From a virus: DNA of 37,481 nt. Positions 32,335 through 37,481 of the stretch are shown here, piece by piece. The DNA lies in the IMG/VR virus record IMGVR_UViG_3300045988_146796, positions 1 through 37,481 of that record. One strand, 5' to 3'. Under the pieces are notes generated by a model, which saw only the letters and a list, made by a program, of their open reading frames with translations, had not been told where the DNA came from and did no database searches. Positions within the stretch are counted from its first letter, which is position 1; each line of letters starts with the position of its first letter. The position numbers and the translations under genes are program-made.

Positions 32335-32912
32335 ATGCGGTGGTACGGACATTCTGCGACCGGTGCGGGCGGGTGATCGCGGGCGCGAGCAAGCTCGGCG
32401 GCGCGACGGTGCGCGCGGCGGACGAGCACGGAAACGAGATCATCAAGCTCGACTTCTGCGCATTCTGCGCGGACTGGGCGGTGAACAAGCTGCTGCGAAA
32501 GGCGCTGACCGAGCGGCACGAAGACGAGCAGGCGGGCGAGCGCGCGATGGACAAGCTGGAATTCGACCTGACGGCCGGGAAGCTGCGCGAGAAGGAAGCG
32601 CCGGAGAGCGAGCGCATCGGCTGGACGGCGAAGAAAGCGCGGGGCACAGCGGTGGAGGAAAAGAAACCAGTGCCGAACATCAAAGGCCGCGGCGCGGCGG
32701 AGAAGAAGGTCATCTTCGACGAGCTGCTGCGCTACAAGGAGCGGACGGGCGCGGGCTGGGCCGTGCGCATCGGCAAGGCGACGGGCGGAAAGGTCAACAG
32801 CGAGGTCGTGCGCGCGATCGTCACGGACGGCTTGGTGGCGGACATGGCGGTCTGGCGCGGGATCGCAAAGGCGATCGAAACGCTCAGGAAAGAAGAGCGT
32901 GAAGCGACATGA
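32331..32912 (+). CDS. Hypothetical protein, 193 aa, with an N-terminal zinc ribbon and a basic middle region
   Basis: The start is GTG 32331 (GTGA overlap), after AAAGGACGGAGG. It contains CDRC...CAFC. Confidence 0.5.
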   Translation: MNAVVRTFCDRCGRVIAGASKLGGATVRAADEHGNEIIKLDFCAFCADWAVNKLLRKALTERHEDEQAGERAMDKLEFDLTAGKLREKEAPESERIGWTAKKARGTAVEEKKPVPNIKGRGAAEKKVIFDELLRYKERTGAGWAVRIGKATGGKVNSEVVRAIVTDGLVADMAVWRGIAKAIETLRKEEREAT

Positions 32913-33064
32913 AGGTCACGGTCATCTTGGAGGCCAACGTGCCGGAAAGCGCGGTGCAGGGGCTCAAGGAGCGCGCGGCGATGGATCTTGAGCGCTACGG
33001 CGACGTGCGCGTCGTGAAGATCCTCGTCGAAAGGCCGCGCGAGCACGAGCAGTTACATCTTTAA
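32909..33064 (+). CDS. Hypothetical small protein, 51 aa (MKVTVILEANVPESAVQGLKERAAMDLERYGDVRVVKILVERPREHEQLHL)
   Basis: Its start overlaps the upstream stop as ATGA. The ORF is below the track cutoff. Confidence 0.45.
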   Translation: MKVTVILEANVPESAVQGLKERAAMDLERYGDVRVVKILVERPREHEQLHL

Positions 33065-33097
33065 TCACGCCTGCGGGCGAAAAAGAAGGAGATCATC

Positions 33098-33721
33098 ATG
33101 CAGAAGATCAACATTAAGAAGTACACGAAGGAGCAGATGCTCAAGATGCTCGAAGAGGCGCAGGACAAGCAGGAAGCGGCGGAGGCCGAGGCGGCGGCAC
33201 ATTTTAAGGACGGCGTAAAACTGGCCGAGGAAAATGAAAAGCTGCGCGGAGAGATCGGCGCGCTGACGGAAAAGCTCGAGGCGAACGAGAAAGCGCTGGA
33301 CGAGATGACGGCGCTGTACAAGAGTGCGAACCATTCGGCGGCGATCCTGCGCTCGCGCATCGATGAAGAGAAGGCGCTGCGCGACCAGGCGCTCGAGGCG
33401 CACGGCGAGGACATGAAGGCGCTCGAGAAGGCAAAGAACGAAAGCCGCGAGCTGGCGCACCTGCTGGGCAAGCGTGAGCTGGAGCTGGCCGAGGCCAAGC
33501 AGCGCCACGACGACGCGCTGACTGAAGCGGTGCATCTGCGCGGCGAGCTCAAGGCGGCGGAGGAACGCGCAAAGCGCAAGGAAGAGCTGCTGTGCGCGGC
33601 GCTGCACACGATCAAGACCGAGAAAAGCATCAAGGAGGACTACCACAAGAGCCTCAAGTGGTGCATGGCGCATCCGTGGCGCAACCTGTGGCGCTGCGTG
33701 AAAGAGCATTTCCGGTTCTGA
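33098..33721 (+). CDS. Coiled-coil protein, 207 aa
   Basis: The ATG follows AAGAAGGAGA. The sequence is a long, heptad-like charged helix. Confidence 0.6.
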   Translation: MQKINIKKYTKEQMLKMLEEAQDKQEAAEAEAAAHFKDGVKLAEENEKLRGEIGALTEKLEANEKALDEMTALYKSANHSAAILRSRIDEEKALRDQALEAHGEDMKALEKAKNESRELAHLLGKRELELAEAKQRHDDALTEAVHLRGELKAAEERAKRKEELLCAALHTIKTEKSIKEDYHKSLKWCMAHPWRNLWRCVKEHFRF

Positions 33722-33725
33722 CATC

Positions 33726-34025
33726 ATGAGCGGGGAGGGAGAAGGGCACATGTTCCGATACAAGAAGAGCGTGCCGGTGAGCTATGAGCGGCAGGGATAC
33801 ATCTATTTCTCGTCGCTCCTCTACCGCGAGATGCCGGAGCGGGCGCAGCAGAAGATCCTGAACCTGTGCATGGAGTGCGGCGGCGGAGACTATTACCGGG
33901 CGCTCTTCGAATTCGTGACGACGGACGCGAACGCGACGTACATCTGCATGAAGCATTCTCTCTCCCGCTCGACGCTTGAGCGGATCGTGCGCAGGTACTA
34001 CGAACGATTCCCGCCACGACTATAA
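33726..34025 (+). CDS. Putative late-gene transcriptional regulator (sigma region-4/ArpU/RinA-like C-terminal HTH)
   Basis: The C-terminus reads MKHSLSRSTLERIVRRYYERF. It is the last gene before the packaging region. The alternative start ATG 33750 has the better RBS. Confidence 0.35.
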   Translation: MSGEGEGHMFRYKKSVPVSYERQGYIYFSSLLYREMPERAQQKILNLCMECGGGDYYRALFEFVTTDANATYICMKHSLSRSTLERIVRRYYERFPPRL

Positions 34026-34122
34026 CAGGGCTTCGGCCCTGTGTGCGCTGCCGCAAAAGGGCGCGGCGGCGCACAGAAGGCCGAACAGATACTTTATAGA
34101 TAACGCGCGCGTGCGCGTTATC
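34026..34122 (+). promoter_or_regulatory. Cluster of three strong GC-rich hairpins
   Basis: Hairpin 1 is CAGGGC-TTCG-GCCCTG (34026-34041). Hairpin 2 has a 13-bp stem, TGTGCGCTGCCGC...GCGGCGGCGCACA (34042-34075). Hairpin 3 is a perfect GATAACGCGC-GCGT-GCGCGTTATC (34099-34122). Confidence 0.7.
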
Positions 34123-34192
34123 GGGGTTCCTTGAGCGTTGGGTTTAGAACCATCTATCACGATCGGGAGAAAAGAGACGGGAGGGCGAAGAC

Positions 34193-34960
34193 ATGGCGGA
34201 GGGCTACTGGGTGATCCGAACGTACACGGCGGGCGCCGTGGGCGAAAAAATAAAATACTGGGTACCGGGGGAGAGACCGACACGCTCGCAGAGAAAGATC
34301 AAAAGCGACATCAAGCAGCAGCAGCGGAACGAGGCGAACGCGGAGAAGAAGCTGGCGCGCACGCTGAACGAGAATTTCAGCCACGCCGACCACCTGCTGC
34401 GCCTGAGCTATGCCGAGGAAGCCTTTGCTGCCCTGGGCGGAGAGGAAGAAGAACCGGAAACGCTGTGGAAGAATGCGAACAGGCAGCTCAAGCTATGGCT
34501 GAGAAGAACGAGGCGCGCCTGCAAAGCGGCAGGGGTGCCGTTTCGCTATGTGCCGGTGACGGCGGATTTAGACGGCAAGACGGGCGAATACGTGCGCGTG
34601 CATCATCACGTGGTCGTGAATGCGGAGGCGGCGGAGATCGCGCGCGAAAAGTGGACGGCGGGCGGGACACACTGCGAACACCTGTACAACGAGGTCGACT
34701 ATCTGGCGCTGGCGCACTATCTGCTTGCGCAGGTGCGCTATGTGCCGGACGAAAAGAAATACTGCCCAAGCCGGAATCTCAAGCAGCCGCAGCCGAAGGA
34801 CGTGATCGCGCGCTCCGGCGCGGAACTGAGCGTGCCGCGCGGCGGGCAGCTGCTGCATCGCGCAGGCTGGACGCCGGGCATGCCGCAGTACATACGCTAT
34901 ATCCTGCCCGAGGTGGGCAAGATCCGGAGAGAACGGGAGAACGAGAAGAAAACAGAATAG
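34193..34960 (+). CDS. Putative HUH-superfamily endonuclease (rolling-circle Rep-like), 255 aa
   Basis: The candidate motifs occur in the canonical order and spacing: LLRLSY (motif I-like), RVHHHVVVN (HUH) and EVDYLALAHYLLAQ (Tyr motif). The ATG follows GGGAGGGCGAAG. Confidence 0.4.
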   Translation: MAEGYWVIRTYTAGAVGEKIKYWVPGERPTRSQRKIKSDIKQQQRNEANAEKKLARTLNENFSHADHLLRLSYAEEAFAALGGEEEEPETLWKNANRQLKLWLRRTRRACKAAGVPFRYVPVTADLDGKTGEYVRVHHHVVVNAEAAEIAREKWTAGGTHCEHLYNEVDYLALAHYLLAQVRYVPDEKKYCPSRNLKQPQPKDVIARSGAELSVPRGGQLLHRAGWTPGMPQYIRYILPEVGKIRRERENEKKTE

Positions 34961-35008
34961 CGAGAGAGCAAACGCAACACGACGACGCGCGCGGGGGAGC
35001 CCGGGCGC

Positions 35009-35064
35009 GCTGTGCGCGTGCGCGATCGGAATGCATTTGCTGTGCTTCGCGCGCGTGCGCGCGA
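35009..35064. repeat. GC-rich direct repeats GCTGTGC..GCGTGCGCG, containing a 14-mer also present at 34104-34117
   Basis: CGCGCGCGTGCGCG at 35048-35061 is identical to 34104-34117. GCGCGTGCGCG also occurs at 35014-35024. Confidence 0.6.
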
Positions 35065-35082
35065 GGAAACGCCGATAGCCTT

Positions 35083-35112
35083 AGAGCCGCAAGGGATTGC
35101 GGCTCTTTTTTT
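35083..35112 (+). terminator. Rho-independent terminator
   Basis: AGAGCCGCAA-GGGA-TTGCGGCTCT forms a 10-bp stem and is followed by 6 further T residues (T7 counting the last stem base). Confidence 0.8.
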
Positions 35113-35192
35113 ATGCCCGAAAGTTGACGGTTCGTGACGTGTTGCATTTGCTACACTTTTTCCTAACAGGAGAGAAAAGAGGTGAGGCGCGA

Positions 35193-35744
35193 ATGGCGCG
35201 GCAGAAGAAATACGGCACAGCGAAGGCACTCGAAAGAGCGTGCGAGCGCTATTTCGCGTCGATCACGCGGCGGGTGAAGGTGACGGAGCTGGTCGACTCC
35301 GGCGAGCGGGACGACAAGGGACACGTCATCATGCTGCCGGTGCCTGTGGAAAACAGCCTCGGCGAAGAGCTATACACGATCGAATACCTGCTGCCGCCGA
35401 GCATGCACGAGCTGTACGCCGCGCTCGGCATCGACAAATCGACGTGGAGCCGGTACATGGCCGAGGGCGAGGACTATGCGCGCGTGGGCGCGTGGGTCTA
35501 CGAGCGCATGAAGGCATGGAACGAGCACGAGATGCTGACGCGCGAGGGGAAGAACCTCAAGGGCATTCTCTTCAACCTGACGAACAACTACGGATACAGC
35601 GAGAAGAAGGAAGTGGAGCTCGGCGAGCGGGCGACGAAGACGGTGACGGCGGCGAGCATTCCGCTCGAGGACCGGCAGGAGATGCTGCGCGAGCTGATGC
35701 AGGAGTTTGAGCGCGATGAGCGGGAAGACGGAAGCGAGCCTTGA
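35193..35744 (+). CDS. terS: Terminase small subunit
   Basis: ATG 35193 follows AAGAGGTGAGG. The protein has an HTH-like PPSMHELYAALGIDKSTWSRY, the motif ILFNLTNNYGYSEK and an acidic C-terminus. It overlaps terL. Confidence 0.7.
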   Translation: MARQKKYGTAKALERACERYFASITRRVKVTELVDSGERDDKGHVIMLPVPVENSLGEELYTIEYLLPPSMHELYAALGIDKSTWSRYMAEGEDYARVGAWVYERMKAWNEHEMLTREGKNLKGILFNLTNNYGYSEKKEVELGERATKTVTAASIPLEDRQEMLRELMQEFERDEREDGSEP

Positions 35745-37245
35745 GCGAGAGCTTGAGGTGGCGCTGTGGTGGCGGGACTTCCGCGCGACGAACAACCGCG
35801 CATTTCTGCCGCTGCTGTTCGACCGGCACCGCTATCTCGTGCTCAAGGGCGGCGGCGGCTCGGGCAAGTCGATCTTCACCGGGCGCAAGATCTTAGAGCG
35901 CGTGACGAGCGAGCCGGGGCACCGCTGGCTCGTATGCCGAAAGGTCGCGAAGACGCTGCGCGAGAGCTGCTTCGAGCAGCTGTGCGGCCAGATCTCGGAC
36001 TACTACCCGGAGAGCGGGGCGAGAGTCAACAAGAGCGACATGAGCATCACGTTTTCAAACGGCAGCAAGATCCTCTTCGCCGGACTCGACGACCCGGAAA
36101 AGCTCAAGTCGATCTACGACATCACGGGGATATGGATCGAGGAAGCGAGCGAACTGGAAAAGAAGGACTTCGACCAGCTGGACATTCGACTGAGAACGAA
36201 CTTCCCCTACTACCTGCAAATGATCCTGACCTTTAACCCGATCAGTATCACGCACTGGCTCAAGAAGCGATTCTTCGACTACCACGATCCGCGCGCGACG
36301 GTGCACGAGAGCACGTATCTCGACAACCGCTTTCTGTCGGCGGAGGCCATTCGGACGCTCGAAGCCTTCCGCGAGACGGACGAGTACTACTACCAGGTCT
36401 ACTGCCTCGGCCAGTGGGGCGTGACGGGCAAGACGGTATTCGATGCGAAGAAGGTGAGCGAGCGGCTGCTCGCGGTGGAGCGGGGGAAGAAGCCAAAGCG
36501 CGGCTGCTTCGAGAACGTCGTCAAGGAAGACGGCGTGCATCTCGAGCGCTGGGCGTGGGTGGACGATCCGGACGGCGCGGTGACGATCTACGAAGAGCCG
36601 GTGCCGGGGCGCCCCTACGTCATCGGCGGCGATACGGCGGGCGACGGCAGCGACTTCTTCGTGGGGCAGGTGCTGGACAACATCACGGGCAAGCAGGTCT
36701 GCACGCTGCGCCACCGATACGACGAAGACACCTACGCGCGGCAGATGTACTGCCTCGGCAAGTACTACAACGACGCGCTGCTGGCCATCGAGACGAACTT
36801 CTCAACGTACCCGGTGAAGCTGCTCGACCTGATGGACTACCGCAACCTCTATGTGCGCGAGGTGGAGGACGACTTCACAGGGAAGACGAAGCACGCCTTC
36901 GGCTTCCGCACAGACCGGCTGACGCGGCCGGTGATCCTCTCTGAGCTTATCCGTATCCTGCGCGAGAGCATGAGCACGGTGAACGACCGCGACACGCTGC
37001 TTGAAATGCTGACGTTCGTGCGGCGGGAGAAGGATCTGCAAGGAGAGGCCGAGAGCGGCGCGCACGACGACTGCGTGATGGCGCTGGCGATCGCGCACTA
37101 TGCGCGGCCGCAGCAGACGATGGAAATTAAGACCGCTGGCAGCGCGAAGAAAACGCGCTGGACACAGGACATGTGGGAGGACTACAACGGCGCGACCGAG
37201 AGCGAGCGGGCGGAAATGCTGAAGCTCTGGGGCGAGCCGCGATAA
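35716..37245 (+). CDS. terL: Terminase large subunit (PBSX/Terminase_3-like)
   Basis: It has Walker A (LKGGGGSGKS), Walker B-like (IWIEEASE), and the nuclease motifs GGDTAGDGSDF and HDDCVMALAIA. ATG 35716 is preferred; the track gives TTG 35707. Confidence 0.9.
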   Translation: MSGKTEASLERELEVALWWRDFRATNNRAFLPLLFDRHRYLVLKGGGGSGKSIFTGRKILERVTSEPGHRWLVCRKVAKTLRESCFEQLCGQISDYYPESGARVNKSDMSITFSNGSKILFAGLDDPEKLKSIYDITGIWIEEASELEKKDFDQLDIRLRTNFPYYLQMILTFNPISITHWLKKRFFDYHDPRATVHESTYLDNRFLSAEAIRTLEAFRETDEYYYQVYCLGQWGVTGKTVFDAKKVSERLLAVERGKKPKRGCFENVVKEDGVHLERWAWVDDPDGAVTIYEEPVPGRPYVIGGDTAGDGSDFFVGQVLDNITGKQVCTLRHRYDEDTYARQMYCLGKYYNDALLAIETNFSTYPVKLLDLMDYRNLYVREVEDDFTGKTKHAFGFRTDRLTRPVILSELIRILRESMSTVNDRDTLLEMLTFVRREKDLQGEAESGAHDDCVMALAIAHYARPQQTMEIKTAGSAKKTRWTQDMWEDYNGATESERAEMLKLWGEPR

Positions 37246-37257
37246 AAGGAGGAGAAC

Positions 37258-37481
37258 ATGGCAAAGGAAACGACGGGCCACACCGTCAGCGAGAAGCTGA
37301 GAGAGTGGCAGGAGAGGCTTTCGCAGAGCGACGGCAGGTGGTCGGCGGAGGTCGAGAAGATGAACGAGCGCGAGGGCATCTACAACGGCGCGCGCACGAT
37401 GACGCCGCTCGTCCCCGGCGACACGCACAGAGACGGCACGAAGAAGAAAACGAGCCACGTGCGCAACATCACGTTCGAGAA
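37258..37481 (+). CDS. Portal protein N-terminus (continues at base 1/142 after circularisation)
   Basis: The ATG lies 6 nt after AAAGGAGGAGA. It is in frame, with no stops, with the ORF that opens the window. 37341-37481 duplicates 1-141. Confidence 0.8.
   Translation, partial: MAKETTGHTVSEKLREWQERLSQSDGRWSAEVEKMNEREGIYNGARTMTPLVPGDTHRDGTKKKTSHVRNITFE
37341..37481. repeat. Terminal direct repeat copy 2, identical to 1-141
   Basis: The identity is exact, checked by direct comparison. Confidence 0.95.

Larger units (their letters stand above)
1..37340. mobile_element. Complete circular temperate phage genome (unique length 37,340 bp) with podovirus-like gene content
   Basis: The window ends share an exact 141-nt repeat, and the portal ORF is continuous across the junction. 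Packaging, head, fibre, lysis, integrase, immunity and early modules are all present. No tail tube, sheath or tape-measure genes were recognised. Confidence 0.8.

Noticed and set aside
34138-35127. A 329-aa + strand ORF overlapping the HUH gene in another frame.
   Set aside because: The translation is Arg/Gly/Ala-rich and low complexity. The 34193..34960 frame has a proper RBS, balanced composition and recognisable motifs.

Overview
This window is a complete, circularly closed temperate phage genome with a unique length of 37,340 bp. Bases 1-141 recur exactly at 37341-37481, and the portal gene reads in frame across that junction. The host is probably a high-GC Gram-positive (Clostridia-like) bacterium; this is inferred from AGGAGG-type ribosome-binding sites (RBS), the XhlA/holin/Amidase_2 lysis cassette and the large serine integrase. 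Nearly all real genes are on the + strand. The many long antisense or alternate-frame ORFs in the track are high-GC artefacts. Gene order starting at the packaging module: terS/terL (35193-37245), portal (37258..junction..1942), a 44-aa Lys-rich protein, scaffold, a decoration-like protein, major capsid, and a possible adaptor. Next come a collagen-like tail fibre, three low-GC small paralogous genes, and a lysis cassette (XhlA-like, two holins, amidase). After that are a second tail fibre with a C-terminal S74 chaperone domain, two large virion proteins, and a 2365-aa polyvalent virion protein. I see no tail tube, sheath or tape-measure/chaperone genes, so the gene content looks podovirus-like. 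After the virion genes comes a low-GC two-gene moron island: a membrane protein and a degenerate dCTP-deaminase-fold::3-TM fusion. This is followed by a candidate attP, a large serine integrase, and a cI-like/Cro-like switch with a repeated dyad operator. The early region carries two orphan DNA methyltransferases, an ASCH protein and many small ORFs. It ends with a putative late regulator and an HUH (rolling-circle Rep-like) gene flanked by GC-rich hairpins and repeats. No tRNA, rRNA or CRISPR array was seen. My best candidate for a previously undescribed system is the Dcd-fold::TM gene at 22619-23416. Its catalytic residues appear to be replaced, it has its own promoter and terminator, and it sits in the classical moron slot. 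Secondary candidates are the polyvalent virion protein with low-GC domain cassettes, the fibre-adjacent paralogue trio with an (AT)9 tract, the HUH gene with its hairpin cluster, and a small ORF antisense to the repressor 3' end that resembles the repressor C-terminus. All homology statements are by-eye motif recognition, because no searches could be run.
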